Positions 1 through 9,608 of a stretch of DNA of 64,000 nucleotides are shown one piece after another (the stretch's first letter is position 1; each line of letters opens with the position of its first letter). This stretch comes from an uncultured Oscillospiraceae bacterium (lineage in GTDB: Bacteria > Bacillota > Clostridia > Oscillospirales > Acutalibacteraceae): NCBI GenBank assembly GCA_910587835.1, contig CAJUNQ010000109.1, forward strand, positions 440 to 64,439, written 5' to 3'. The position numbers and the translations under genes were made by a program. Below the pieces are notes generated by a model. The model ran no database searches. It had not been told where the DNA came from and saw only the letters and a list, made by a program, of their open reading frames with translations.

Positions 1-1
1 C

Positions 2-937
2 AAGCAGGTCCGGCATAAGTTTCAGCAGGCCTGGGACTGCATGGACGACACCTATCAGGATTTGGGCACCAAGCTGGTGAAGTATTCCTCTTTGCGGGCG
101 GAGAACGACGCGGACGCTGGCGGCCGCCAGGCTTTGGGCGAGGTCATCAAGGGCGCGGCGGACTCGGTGATGCAGACCATGAACGCCAAGTATGGCGAGA
201 ATTTTATCTTCTCTGGCGCCGACGGCCAGACAGTGCCCTTCAGCTGGGGGGCGGACGGTAAGCTGCTGTACCGGGGGATGCCGGTGGATGTGGATACACC
301 GACTGCGGATGAGCTGGCGGCTGGCGGCTGGGAGGGCAAGTATGCTGACTATGCCAAGCTGTATGGCACCGTGCAGAACGAGCACACCTATGTGGACCTG
401 GGCATGGGTATGCAGGAAGACAAGGACGGCAACCTGATTGATTCCAGCGCCTTTGACACGGCCCTGAGCGGCATTGGGACCATTGGCTATGGCACCTCTA
501 CTGTCACCGTAAAGGATGCAGATGGCAATGATGTGGATGTGAAGGATGTGCCGAACAATATTATTTCCATTATCCGGGAGTACGGTGAGATTCTGGCTCA
601 GTGCAGCCCGGAGGATGGTTCTTACCCTGTCGACGCCCAGAAATGGCCGCAGGGCTCTGAGACCCGCTGCGACGCTTTGGAAAAGCAGCTGGAGACCAAG
701 CTCAATGAGCTGCATGCTACCTGGATGTCCCACGACACCAAGGCCACCTTTCTCAAGACCAACGAGGACCGGCTGGAGTCCATGGACGACACCCTGAATG
801 AGCAGATTACCACCATTGAGGACATTGACCCGGCCGAGGCGATTACGGCGCTGATGTGGGCGCAGTATTCTTACAACGCGGCGCTGCGCATTGGCACCAG
901 CATTCTGTCCCAGTCGCTGATTGACTACATGAGCTGA
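2..937 (+). CDS. flgL: flagellar hook-associated protein 3 (5' truncated by window)
   Basis: Frame open from base 2; flagellin-family C-terminus (DIDPAEAITAL...YNAALRIGTSILSQSLIDY), FIFSG motif; upstream of DUF6470-fliW-csrA. Confidence 0.88.
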   Translation, partial: KQVRHKFQQAWDCMDDTYQDLGTKLVKYSSLRAENDADAGGRQALGEVIKGAADSVMQTMNAKYGENFIFSGADGQTVPFSWGADGKLLYRGMPVDVDTPTADELAAGGWEGKYADYAKLYGTVQNEHTYVDLGMGMQEDKDGNLIDSSAFDTALSGIGTIGYGTSTVTVKDADGNDVDVKDVPNNIISIIREYGEILAQCSPEDGSYPVDAQKWPQGSETRCDALEKQLETKLNELHATWMSHDTKATFLKTNEDRLESMDDTLNEQITTIEDIDPAEAITALMWAQYSYNAALRIGTSILSQSLIDYMS

Positions 938-977
938 TATCTTTTGCCAGACAGGCTATTTTTACCGAAAGAGGGGA

Positions 978-1601
978 TTGTGTGTGGGTCCGTTGATTGA
1001 AATTACCAGTGTACCGATTGAAATTGAAATGAAGACCACCAGTGCGCAGATGATCTACTCCCGGGGGACTGTGGAGATGGAGGTCAGCCGGGACAAGGGC
1101 GGGCTGAACATCAGAAGCCGGCCCATCAAGCTGAATGTGGACTCCTTCCAGGCCCAGAGCTCGGTGCGGCCCACGGCGGTGCAGAGCATCCAGCAGTCGG
1201 CCCAGAGAGGGGAGCAGGCGGCCTATCAGGCCACGGCCACTTATGCCAAGCGGGGCCAGCTGGTGATGGACGCCCAGTTGGGCCAGGAGCTGATCACCCA
1301 GTTTGCCCAGGAGACCCAAGAGGCGCAGATGGGGCGCAGCCTGGAGGACTTTGGGCTGGGATTTCTGCCTGAGGGCGGCATCAATCTGGACTGGGAGCCC
1401 GGCCAGATGCAGATCCGCTATGAGATGGATAAGCTGAATTTTAACTGGAAGACCGGCGGCCAGGGCTTTAAGTTTGTGCCTGGCGACATTGAGTTCACCA
1501 TGACCCAGCGCCCCGAGGTGATCATCAAGTATGTGGGCGGCGCGGTGTATGTTCCGCCCTCGGCCGACCCGGACTATCAGCCGGTGGACGTGCGGGCATA
1601 A
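978..1601 (+). CDS. DUF6470/YviE-like flagellar-locus protein
   Basis: Typical flgL-X-fliW position; C-terminal PEVIIKYVGG pattern. Confidence 0.7.
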   Translation: MCVGPLIEITSVPIEIEMKTTSAQMIYSRGTVEMEVSRDKGGLNIRSRPIKLNVDSFQAQSSVRPTAVQSIQQSAQRGEQAAYQATATYAKRGQLVMDAQLGQELITQFAQETQEAQMGRSLEDFGLGFLPEGGINLDWEPGQMQIRYEMDKLNFNWKTGGQGFKFVPGDIEFTMTQRPEVIIKYVGGAVYVPPSADPDYQPVDVRA

Positions 1602-1619
1602 TTCTCAGGAGGTAGCGGA

Positions 1620-2063
1620 TTGAAGCTGTCTACAAAATATTTTGGTGAGATTGACTGCCAGGAGGAGGACATTCTGTGCTTTCCCAAGGGGCTGTTTGCC
1701 TTTGAGGAGGAGACGGAGTTCCTATTGCTGCCCTTTTCTGGCAGCGACGGCACACTGTTGTGTCTGCAAAGCCGGCAGACGCCGCAGCTAGCCTTTGTGG
1801 CCATGAATCCTTTTTCTCTGGACGGCAGCTACACCCCTGTTTTGCAGCCGGAGGAGTTGCAGGAGCTGGGGGTGAGCGACAGCACGGAGCTGTGCTATTA
1901 TGTGCTGTGTGTGGTGAAGAATCCGGTTTCCAGCAGCACGGTGAACCTGCAGTGCCCGGTGGTGGTGAACGACAGAACACGGCAGTGTATGCAGGTGATT
2001 TTGGAGGGAGACCAGTATGGAATGCGGCATCCCCTGTCGGAATTCCAGACCGAGGAGGGCTGA
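1620..2063 (+). CDS. fliW: flagellar assembly factor FliW
   Basis: TKYFGEI, FPKGLFAFE, TVNLQCPVVVN motifs; AGGAGG RBS; adjacent to csrA. Confidence 0.95.
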   Translation: MKLSTKYFGEIDCQEEDILCFPKGLFAFEEETEFLLLPFSGSDGTLLCLQSRQTPQLAFVAMNPFSLDGSYTPVLQPEELQELGVSDSTELCYYVLCVVKNPVSSSTVNLQCPVVVNDRTRQCMQVILEGDQYGMRHPLSEFQTEEG

Positions 2064-2066
2064 GCG

Positions 2067-2333
2067 ATGTTGATCCTTCGCCGGAAAACCGGAGAGTCCT
2101 TTTTGATTGGGGACGATGTGCGGGTGACGATTGTTGCCACCAAGGACAAAGAGGTGCAGATTGCCATTGACGCCCCGAAAGAGGTGTCTGTGCTGCGCTG
2201 CGAGCTGGCCTCTGCCATGAACACCAACCGGGAAGCCGCCCAGGAGCAGAGTTTGCCCCAGGAGCTGCTGGACGCATTTGCCATGCTGTCCCACCAGCCG
2301 CCGGAGGGTGCGCCCGGAAAACCAGAAAAATAA
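2067..2333 (+). CDS. csrA: carbon storage regulator
   Basis: MLILRRKTGES..IGDDVRVTI..IAIDAPKEVSVLR CsrA signature. Confidence 0.96.
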   Translation: MLILRRKTGESFLIGDDVRVTIVATKDKEVQIAIDAPKEVSVLRCELASAMNTNREAAQEQSLPQELLDAFAMLSHQPPEGAPGKPEK

Positions 2334-2369
2334 AAAAGCCGCGGAGCTTAAATGCTCCGCGTTTTTTTT
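2333..2369. terminator. bidirectional intrinsic terminator
   Basis: A-run, CGCGGAGC-ttaaat-GCTCCGCG stem, T-run. Confidence 0.8.
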
Positions 2370-2637
2370 AATCCGCCTTTTTGGCGGAGCAGGGAGTAAA
2401 GCCCTACCACGATGCTGCTAGGTTTTTTAATCTGCCTTTTTGGTGGAGCAGGGCGCAAGGCCCTACCACGATGTTTTTTTAATCCGCTTTTTTGGTGGAG
2501 CAGGGCGCAAGGCCCTACCACGATGTTTTTTTAATCCGCCTTTTTGGTAGAGCAGGGCGCAAGGCCCTACCACGATGTTTTTTTAATCCGCCTTTTTGGT
2601 GGAGCAGGGCGCAAGGCCCTACCACGATGCTGATAGG
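2362..2637. repeat. tandem array, 5 copies of ~52-bp two-hairpin unit
   Basis: Unit TTTTTTAATCCGCCTTTTTGGTGGAGCAGGGCGCAAGGCCCTACCACGATG read five times with few changes; related array at 46621-46946. Confidence 0.95.
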
Positions 2638-2888
2638 CCGGCTGCTTTTAGGTGTTGATGTGGATGGCTGGGTTACAGAATGACTGGGCTGTGGGTGAAA
2701 TGGGGGAATGCGTTTTGCTGGTTGGCACAGCTGGGAGGGATTCTGTGGATGGCGGTGTACGGGCAAAGCTTTGCCAATGGGAAGCGATGCCTATAGCGGT
2801 CAAGGGGCAGGGATGCGAACTGCGGCCATGGGCCTGACTGTGGGTTGTCTGGGGCAGCTGAGCGCATGGGGAAGGGGCCTGCTGGCGG

Positions 2889-3662
2889 TCAGTCGTGGCG
2901 GGGGGCGCCCAGGCGGAGCTCGCTGTTTTCGCCGGAGTTGTGCCGGGGGTGCTCCGATACCTTCTGGCAGGCCCACATCAGCTGCGCGATGACAGCGGCG
3001 CTGTAGCGGCCCTCGTAAATGGTGAGCATGGGGACCTCCTGGGTGTCGGGCACCACAATGTATTTAGCGGGCAGGCTGGTCAGGGTGAGAGCGATTACAT
3101 CGATGCGGCAGCGTTCGCAGGTGCACATATGGAAGCGCTTCATATAGCTGTCTACTTTGTCCTCCACCAGGGCCTGCATCACGTTCAGATAGGCGATGCC
3201 GCTTTTGGGCGTCTCAGGGGCTGGTTCCGGCTGGGGCGCGGGCTGAGGGGCAGGAGCCGGTTCCGGTTGAGGCGCGGGCTGAGGAGCGGGAGCTGGTTCC
3301 GGCTGGGGCTCGGGCTGAGGAGCGGGAGCTGGTTCCGGCTGGGGCTCGGGCTGAGGAGCGGGAGCTGGTTCCGGCTGGGGCTCCGGCTGAGGTTCGGGTT
3401 GAGGAGCGGGGGCTGGCTCCGGCTCGGGCTGAAGCACAGGCTCCTCGGATAGCTCGGCAAGCAGGTCCTCCTCCAGGGCGCTGCGGATGGACTCGGCCAC
3501 CTCGGCGCTGTTGTCGGGAGGGGGAGTGGGCTGGCTGGGGTGTCTGGGGGGGCTGGCGGGCTCAGCCGCAGCCTCGCCGGGCTCGGTAAGCAGGTTGAGC
3601 ACATGGGCGGTCTTGTTGGACTTGGAGGACTTGTTGTTGGATTTGTTGGTTTTGTTTGCCAT
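2889..3662 (-). CDS. ComFB-domain protein with Lys/Asn-rich N-terminus and Pro/Glu/Gln linker
   Basis: C-terminal NVM..V...[26 protein letters not shown] matches the ComFB family pattern. Confidence 0.82.
   Translation of the reverse strand: MANKTNKSNNKSSKSNKTAHVLNLLTEPGEAAAEPASPPRHPSQPTPPPDNSAEVAESIRSALEEDLLAELSEEPVLQPEPEPAPAPQPEPQPEPQPEPAPAPQPEPQPEPAPAPQPEPQPEPAPAPQPAPQPEPAPAPQPAPQPEPAPETPKSGIAYLNVMQALVEDKVDSYMKRFHMCTCERCRIDVIALTLTSLPAKYIVVPDTQEVPMLTIYEGRYSAAVIAQLMWACQKVSEHPRHNSGENSELRLGAPRHD
3215..3435 (-). repeat. coding 36-bp tandem repeats ([12 protein letters not shown])
   Basis: About 5-6 near-identical units in the linker of the ComFB protein. Confidence 0.9.
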
Positions 3663-3742
3663 AATTTTCTTCCTTTCTTCCTTTCTTCCAAAGTAGGGCG
3701 ATCAGCGTCAACAATGACGGAAAATATTCAGAGAGCAGTTGG

Positions 3743-4501
3743 CTACCGCTCGTTCAGCAGCTCGTCCAGCAGGGCCTGAAAGTCCAGGGACGGGTTGGAG
3801 TGGGGGGCGTAGGAGAGCACGCTCTCGCCGTGGGCAGGGGCCTCGGCCACCACCACGCTGCTGCGGATTTTGGTGTCCAGCACCTGGGTGTCCAGCTTGC
3901 GGGCAATTTCGCTGGAAAGCTCCAGCACCTCACGGTTGAGGGTGAGGCGGCCGTTGAACTTGTTGAGCAGAATGCCCAGCACCCGCAGGTCGGGGTTGTA
4001 GTATTTGCGCACCGTGTTAATGGTGTCCCGGATTTGGGAGATGCCCAGCAGGCTGAGAATCTCCGGGGCCATGGGGATGATGAGGGCGCCGGAGGCCACA
4101 TAGGCATTGATGGTGAGCACATTGAGAGCGGGAGGCGTGTCGATGATGATATAGTCGTAATTCTCCTCGATCTTTGAGAGCTCGTTGCGCAGCAGATACT
4201 CCCGGCCGGGGGTGTTGAATTCCAGCTCGGCCGTGGAGAGCAGAATGTTGGAGGGCAGAATGTCTCCCAGGTCGGTGGAGACAATAACATCCTCTACAGC
4301 CGCGGCGCCCTTGAGCACCTCGTAGACGGTCTCGCTGTTCTCAATATCCAGGCCGGCGGAAAAGCCCAGGCTGCCCTGGGGGTCCAGGTCCACGCCCAGA
4401 ACCTTTAGGCCCCGCAGATGCAGGGCGTTGATGAGGGAAAGGGAGGTGGTGGTTTTACCCACGCCGCCCTTTTGGTTGGTGACTGCAATGATTTTCTCCA
4501 T
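3743..4501 (-). CDS. ParA/Soj-family ATPase
   Basis: Deviant Walker A KGGVGKTT, DLDPQG, IIIDTPP, EAPAHG; AGGAG RBS before ATG at 4501. Confidence 0.93.
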   Translation of the reverse strand: MEKIIAVTNQKGGVGKTTTSLSLINALHLRGLKVLGVDLDPQGSLGFSAGLDIENSETVYEVLKGAAAVEDVIVSTDLGDILPSNILLSTAELEFNTPGREYLLRNELSKIEENYDYIIIDTPPALNVLTINAYVASGALIIPMAPEILSLLGISQIRDTINTVRKYYNPDLRVLGILLNKFNGRLTLNREVLELSSEIARKLDTQVLDTKIRSSVVVAEAPAHGESVLSYAPHSNPSLDFQALLDELLNER

Positions 4502-4573
4502 ACGAACACCTCTCCTGACTGGGAACCAGCGCAAAAAAAGCTGCGCGGGTCCTCAAAAATTTCGCGGAAAGCT

Positions 4574-4601
4574 CTTATCTTTCCATTTGTAGTGTCGATA
4601 T
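4574..4601 (+). promoter_or_regulatory. possible sigma-D promoter of fliD
   Basis: GTCGATAT at 4594-4601 resembles GCCGATAT; the -35 match is poor. Confidence 0.3.
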
Positions 4602-4721
4602 ATTTAAGGAAAGAGATAATTGCCACAACCGTATTTTCAAAAAGCCTCCGGCTGAAAACGGCTGAAACAGTTGAATCAAGACCTATTATCTATATGTTAA
4701 CACAAAAAAGGAGTGAATGCA

Positions 4722-7511
4722 ATGGCTTCTATCACAAGTTTGATGAACAGCTCGAGCAGCACCAGCAGTTTGTATGGCAACCGCAACGTAATCAGCGGTC
4801 TGGCCAGCGGTATGGATACCGAGGCGATGATCGAAAACAGTGTGGCTGGCTACAAGCAGAAGATCACGGGCCTGCAGCAGAAGATGACCAAGCTGCAGTG
4901 GAAGCAGGACGCCTACCGCAGCCTGATTACCCAGATGAACAACATGCTCAACAAGTACATGTCTTACACCAGCAGCACCAACCTGTTCAGCTCCTCCTTC
5001 TTCAGCAAGGCGGTGAACGCGGTGGCCGGCGGCGCCAATGCCAGCAAGGTGGCGGTTACCGGCAAGGGCAGCAGCAATGTGCAGATTGACAGCATCAAGC
5101 AGCTGGCCCAGGCGGCGAGCTACTCGGTGAATGTGGAGCACCTGGTGAGCAAGGGCTCGCAGACCAGCGAGATTAAGTGGAAGGATCCCATTGAGACCAG
5201 CAGCGTCAGCGGCTCGATCACCTTCCAGCTGGGCGGCGCGGCGGATTCCAGCAAGGGCACCCGCTTTACCCTGCGCTTTGAGGAGGACGAGGTCTACAAG
5301 ACCACTGACGAGCTGGTAGACGCGGTCAACAAGAAGCTGGAGAACCTGCAGGTCAACGGCAAGTCTGCCCTGAGCAACGTCAAGGCCATTAACGATGGCG
5401 ACAAGCTGACTTTTGTTAAAGTTACTGGCGACCACCTGGAAATTGCCGGTGTGGGCGGCGACATGACCAAGCTTTTTGAAAAGGACGAGGAGAGCGGCAA
5501 GTATAGCATGACCTCCAACGCGATTGGCACCGGCAAGGACCAGGTGGCCCTTTTCGATTCGGTCAAGCGGACGGACTACCTGAAGGAGCAGAGCATCAAC
5601 GTCACTCTGGACGGCAAGACCAAGACCATTAAGCTGGCGGACATTGTGGACACAGATGAGTTCAGATATAAAGCCGGGGCATATAACGAAAAAGCCAGCG
5701 AGGCGTTGGCCGATATGCTTCAGCAGAGGCTGGATAAGGAGTTTGGCGCGGGCAAGATTACTGTGGGCGAGGACGGCGGCGCCTTGCAGTTCAGCGCCAA
5801 ATCGGGCTCTACCCTTAAGGTGGGCGGCGACGACAAGGTAAACGAAGCCCTGGGTCTGGGCCAGGGGGGCTACAGCAACACGGTGCAGACCAGCTGGACC
5901 CTGGACCGGGTGCTGGACGACAATATGTTCCATGCGAAGCAGGCTGTGGACGAGGACGGCAATGTGATTGCCGGCAAGTGGATTGACGCCAACGGCAAGG
6001 AGACCGATGACGTCAACGAGGCCGCCCAGGTGGCCACCTTGAAGATTAACGGCGTGGACATTGAGCTGAACAAGAACGACACCATCCAGAACATGATGGA
6101 TAAGATCGGCTCCTCGGACGCTGGGGTGGAGGTAAAGTATTCCAGCCTGACCGGCGAGTTCGCTTTCACGGCCAAGGAGACGGGCGTGGATTCCAGAATT
6201 GAGATTGAGGGCGATGTGGGCAAGGTCTTGTTTGGCGGCGACCCCAGCAAGAAGGTCAGCTCAAACTTCAATGAGGCGTATGGTTTGGGATTGAATCCTG
6301 GCGAAAGCAAAGAAGTCTCTTTCGAGGTAGATGGGCTTGGGGCAGTATATAGCTTTACCGTAAATGAAGGCGACACCATGGAGGATGTGGCAGAAAAATT
6401 ATCAAGTCTGCTGGAAACCAATCATGGTAAGACTGCCTCTGTCAACCAGTATACGGGGCAGCTGGAAATTACTGACATTGAAACCGGTGCGCTGGTAGAT
6501 TTGAAGGTAGGCGAGATGGTGCCGGATCCGGATAGGCCTAATCCGTCTGGCGGTTATTATGTTAAGTTTGAAGAAAAGTATGACGCCCCAGAAAATTCCT
6601 CAGTTCAATACACCCGGGGCCAGGATGCTATTTTTGACGTGACTGTCAATGGCAAGCAGATGCAGCTCACCCGCTCCTCTAACAATGTGGACCTGGATGG
6701 GTATAATGTCACCCTGAAGGAGACCTTTGGCTACAAGGCCGACGGCACGCAGGACACCTCGGCTGACCCCATCACCTTTAAGACCAACACGGACAGCGAC
6801 AAGATTGTGGATGCCGTCAAGGACTTTGTGAAGGACTATAACGAGCTGGTCACGGCCTTGCGGGGCGCTTACACCACCGAGCCCCTGAAGAACTCGCAGA
6901 AGGAGGAGTATCAGCCCCTGACTGACGAGGACCAGGCCAAGATGAGCGAGACGGCTATCAAGAACTATGAGGAGAAAGCCAAGACCGGCCTGCTCTACGC
7001 GGACACGGACCTGGCTAATCTGTACAGCAAGCTGACCAGCGCGGTGCAGGGAAGCGGCGGGCTGAGCTCGACCTTGCGCAGCATTGGCCTGGACGTGAGC
7101 TACTCCAACAACCTGACCACCCTGAGTCTGGACGAGGATAAGCTGCGCGCCGCCCTGGAGAGCGACCCGGATAAGGTGAAGGACGCCTTTACCCAGACCA
7201 CCTCTAACGGGGCCAGCACCAACGGCATTATGGCCAATCTGCGCAGCACCTTGCAGTCTTATGCCAGCACCTCCATTGGCAGCCCGGGCATTCTGGTAAA
7301 CAAGGCGGGCTCCACGCTGTCCTCCTACTCGCTGAACAACAACGAGCTCAACGACCAGATTAACGCCATACAGGAGGAAATTGAGAAGTGGCAGAGCCGC
7401 ATGAGCGACCGGGTGGACTATTACACCAACCAGTTCACTCAGCTGGAAATGCTCATTAACCAGATGAACTCTCAGAGCTCGATGCTGGCCGGGCTTTCCG
7501 GCGGAATGTAA
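4722..7511 (+). CDS. fliD: flagellar filament cap protein (929 aa)
   Basis: ISGLASGMDT N-terminus; FVKDYNEL; C-terminal YYTNQFTQLEMLINQMNSQ; followed by fliS. Confidence 0.95.
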   Translation: MASITSLMNSSSSTSSLYGNRNVISGLASGMDTEAMIENSVAGYKQKITGLQQKMTKLQWKQDAYRSLITQMNNMLNKYMSYTSSTNLFSSSFFSKAVNAVAGGANASKVAVTGKGSSNVQIDSIKQLAQAASYSVNVEHLVSKGSQTSEIKWKDPIETSSVSGSITFQLGGAADSSKGTRFTLRFEEDEVYKTTDELVDAVNKKLENLQVNGKSALSNVKAINDGDKLTFVKVTGDHLEIAGVGGDMTKLFEKDEESGKYSMTSNAIGTGKDQVALFDSVKRTDYLKEQSINVTLDGKTKTIKLADIVDTDEFRYKAGAYNEKASEALADMLQQRLDKEFGAGKITVGEDGGALQFSAKSGSTLKVGGDDKVNEALGLGQGGYSNTVQTSWTLDRVLDDNMFHAKQAVDEDGNVIAGKWIDANGKETDDVNEAAQVATLKINGVDIELNKNDTIQNMMDKIGSSDAGVEVKYSSLTGEFAFTAKETGVDSRIEIEGDVGKVLFGGDPSKKVSSNFNEAYGLGLNPGESKEVSFEVDGLGAVYSFTVNEGDTMEDVAEKLSSLLETNHGKTASVNQYTGQLEITDIETGALVDLKVGEMVPDPDRPNPSGGYYVKFEEKYDAPENSSVQYTRGQDAIFDVTVNGKQMQLTRSSNNVDLDGYNVTLKETFGYKADGTQDTSADPITFKTNTDSDKIVDAVKDFVKDYNELVTALRGAYTTEPLKNSQKEEYQPLTDEDQAKMSETAIKNYEEKAKTGLLYADTDLANLYSKLTSAVQGSGGLSSTLRSIGLDVSYSNNLTTLSLDEDKLRAALESDPDKVKDAFTQTTSNGASTNGIMANLRSTLQSYASTSIGSPGILVNKAGSTLSSYSLNNNELNDQINAIQEEIEKWQSRMSDRVDYYTNQFTQLEMLINQMNSQSSMLAGLSGGM

Positions 7512-7542
7512 GTAACCGGCAGGGACCGGGAAAGAGGTAGTT

Positions 7543-7947
7543 ATGGAAAACAATCCCATCCAGCACTACAAGGAGCAGTCGGTGAACACCATGACGCCCA
7601 ACGAGTTGCTCCTGCTGCTGTATGACGAATTGGTCAAAGATCTGCTTCGGTGCGGCCTGGCGCTGGAAAAGCAGGAATATGAGCTGATGGAGGCCGCAGC
7701 GGACAAGAGCATTGATATTATCCGCTATCTGGACGACACTCTGGACGACCAGTATCCCATCAGCCGGGAGCTGCACAGGCTGTATGAGTATTTCACTTAT
7801 CAGCTCACCAGGGTGAAGATTGGCCGGAACAAGCAGGTGCTTGACCAGGTGCGGCCCATGATTATGGACCTGCGGGACACCTTCCGCCAGGCGGATAAGA
7901 ATGTGGCGGAGGAGGCCGAGGGCAGGCAGGCCGCCGAGCCGAAATAG
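7543..7947 (+). CDS. fliS: flagellin chaperone FliS
   Basis: YKEQSVNTMTPNELLLLLYD, L..LYEY motifs. Confidence 0.93.
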   Translation: MENNPIQHYKEQSVNTMTPNELLLLLYDELVKDLLRCGLALEKQEYELMEAAADKSIDIIRYLDDTLDDQYPISRELHRLYEYFTYQLTRVKIGRNKQVLDQVRPMIMDLRDTFRQADKNVAEEAEGRQAAEPK

Positions 7948-7957
7948 GGGGTGCCGG

Positions 7958-8353
7958 ATGGACGGGCATGTGTTGCAGGAGCTGGTTTTGAAAACCAGAC
8001 ATCTCTATATCAAGCTGACCGAGTTTGAGAACCTGACCACCCAGCTGGCCCAGGCGGTGGACCGCCGGGACGAGGTCTCGGTGCAGATGCTGTTGAATAT
8101 GCGGGGCGAGCCAGCCCACCAGCTGCAGGAGCTTCATGAGCAGCTGAAGGAGAGGCTTTTGGAGCTGCCGGAGGACGACGCCATTCGGGCCAAGGAGCTG
8201 CTGGACGGCAGCCCCCAGAAAGAGCCTGAGGAGGCCATGCTGTGCAGCCAGGTGGCCCAGAACCAGCGGCTGCTGGCGCGCTGCCTGGAGATTGACAAGC
8301 GCATCAGCATGAGTGTGGACGGCAAGAGGTCCTTCTATACCAAATACCGATAG
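7958..8353 (+). CDS. helical protein, possible FliT/FlgN-like chaperone
   Basis: 131-aa helical ORF directly after fliS, followed by a terminator. Confidence 0.55.
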   Translation: MDGHVLQELVLKTRHLYIKLTEFENLTTQLAQAVDRRDEVSVQMLLNMRGEPAHQLQELHEQLKERLLELPEDDAIRAKELLDGSPQKEPEEAMLCSQVAQNQRLLARCLEIDKRISMSVDGKRSFYTKYR

Positions 8354-8359
8354 ACACAA

Positions 8360-8399
8360 AAGAACCGCCGCCGGGAGAAGTCCAGGCGGCGGTTTTTTG
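8360..8399 (+). terminator. intrinsic terminator
   Basis: AACCGCCGCC...GGCGGCGGTT stem with T-run. Confidence 0.8.
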
Positions 8400-8488
8400 T
8401 TTCGTGTAAGGAGGGCTGCTTGACAGAAGCAGTGGGCACTGGGGCGAAAGCTTTTTCTTACGCTCGGGGGGTTCAGACTGGCAGGGGC

Positions 8489-8517
8489 TTGTTGCGGGGA
8501 GGATTTCGTGTTATAAT
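8489..8517 (+). promoter_or_regulatory. orphan extended -10 sigma-A promoter
   Basis: TTGTTG-17-TATAAT with TG at -15/-14; no credible + strand CDS downstream. Confidence 0.45.
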
Positions 8518-8623
8518 AGTCTAAGAATTTGTGCTGATAGGATTTGTGCCGGGATGGTCGAAGAAAATTTTGCCGGTAGCAAAGCTTGCCGGTAAGAATG
8601 GCGCAATAGCATTTGGTACAAGT

Positions 8624-9547
8624 TCAGGCCCCGGGCTTTTTGATCAGCCACATGCGGACCTCTCCCTCTTTGGTGGCCTCCTTGACGATGAGCTGGGGGT
8701 CCCACAGGGTGAGGCTGTTCTCACGGCTGGCAGGGTCGGCCACAAGCACCTTGCCCTCCTCGGTTACCCCGTGGAGAAGGATAAAATGGCCAAGCTCGGA
8801 GAAATGCCCCGGGCCCATCAGCGCAATGGCCATGCCCCCGGCCTTCAGGTGGCTGGTGAGGGCGGCTGGGTCACACTGCTTGTTCAGGACGCAGTCCAGG
8901 CCAAAGGCCTTGGAGGCGCCCTCTACAATGGTGAGATAGGCCCCGCTGCCCGCGCACCAGTAATCGTGCTCATAGGCCCAGACCGCCATCTGGGCGGGGT
9001 CCATGGGCTGGTCCGTCAGGGTGGAGACCACCATGGACATGGCCGTGGGACCGCAGCCGTAGGGACCCAGCGGGTCGCTGCCAAAGGGCTGGTCCCGCCA
9101 GGCCGGGTCGTTCTGGTTGTAGTAGACACAGGGCAGGCCCCCGGTGAGAATGGTGCGGCCATTCTCTTGCACCAGCTGTGTGACAGCGGGAGTGGGCAGA
9201 GGGGTGGGGGTGGGCAGGCTTACCTGAGGCGCGGGTCTGGGATGGGTGACCGGATGGGGTGTAAAGTATTCTCCCAGACGGACGCTGACATTGTCCGCCA
9301 GGTTGTCCCGGGCGTATTCAAACTGCCAGAGCCGCACCTGGGCCTGCGCCGCCTGTACAGCCTGCACCACTGGGCGGACCACCGGGTCGGTGATGCGGTG
9401 GAAAAGAACGGGAGAGAAAAAGTAGCAGAAGGCCAGCTCCATGCCGCCCACACACAGCAGGGCCAGCACAAGGGTGAGGGCCAGGCGGGACTTTCCCCGC
9501 CGGCGGGGACGGACGAGCTGTTCTGCGAGATCGACTGAGTATTTCAA
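8624..9547 (-). CDS. membrane-anchored C39-like (papain-fold) cysteine peptidase
   Basis: N-terminal TM segment; YYNQND..W, GCGPTAMSMV, GHFILL, VADPAS motifs; GGAGG RBS, TTG start. Confidence 0.85.
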   Translation of the reverse strand: MKYSVDLAEQLVRPRRRGKSRLALTLVLALLCVGGMELAFCYFFSPVLFHRITDPVVRPVVQAVQAAQAQVRLWQFEYARDNLADNVSVRLGEYFTPHPVTHPRPAPQVSLPTPTPLPTPAVTQLVQENGRTILTGGLPCVYYNQNDPAWRDQPFGSDPLGPYGCGPTAMSMVVSTLTDQPMDPAQMAVWAYEHDYWCAGSGAYLTIVEGASKAFGLDCVLNKQCDPAALTSHLKAGGMAIALMGPGHFSELGHFILLHGVTEEGKVLVADPASRENSLTLWDPQLIVKEATKEGEVRMWLIKKPGA

Positions 9548-9579
9548 GGGAACCTCCGAAGTGAGGGGATATTACTCTC

Positions 9580-9608
9580 ATTATAGCAAAAAAAGCGTTC
9601 AAGCGCAA
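9580..9608 (-). promoter_or_regulatory. sigma-A promoter of the C39 gene
   Basis: Minus strand TTGCGC-17-TATAAT with extended TG. Confidence 0.6.

Noticed and set aside
2362..2637. CRISPR array (also 46621-46946)
   Set aside because: Units are head-to-tail with no unique spacers, and there are no cas genes in the window
2492..2867. Short ORFs over the repeat array
   Set aside because: They are translations of the repeat, with no RBS or protein features
8531..9538. 335-aa + strand ORF
   Set aside because: Antisense shadow of the C39 gene, which has clear catalytic motifs and an RBS
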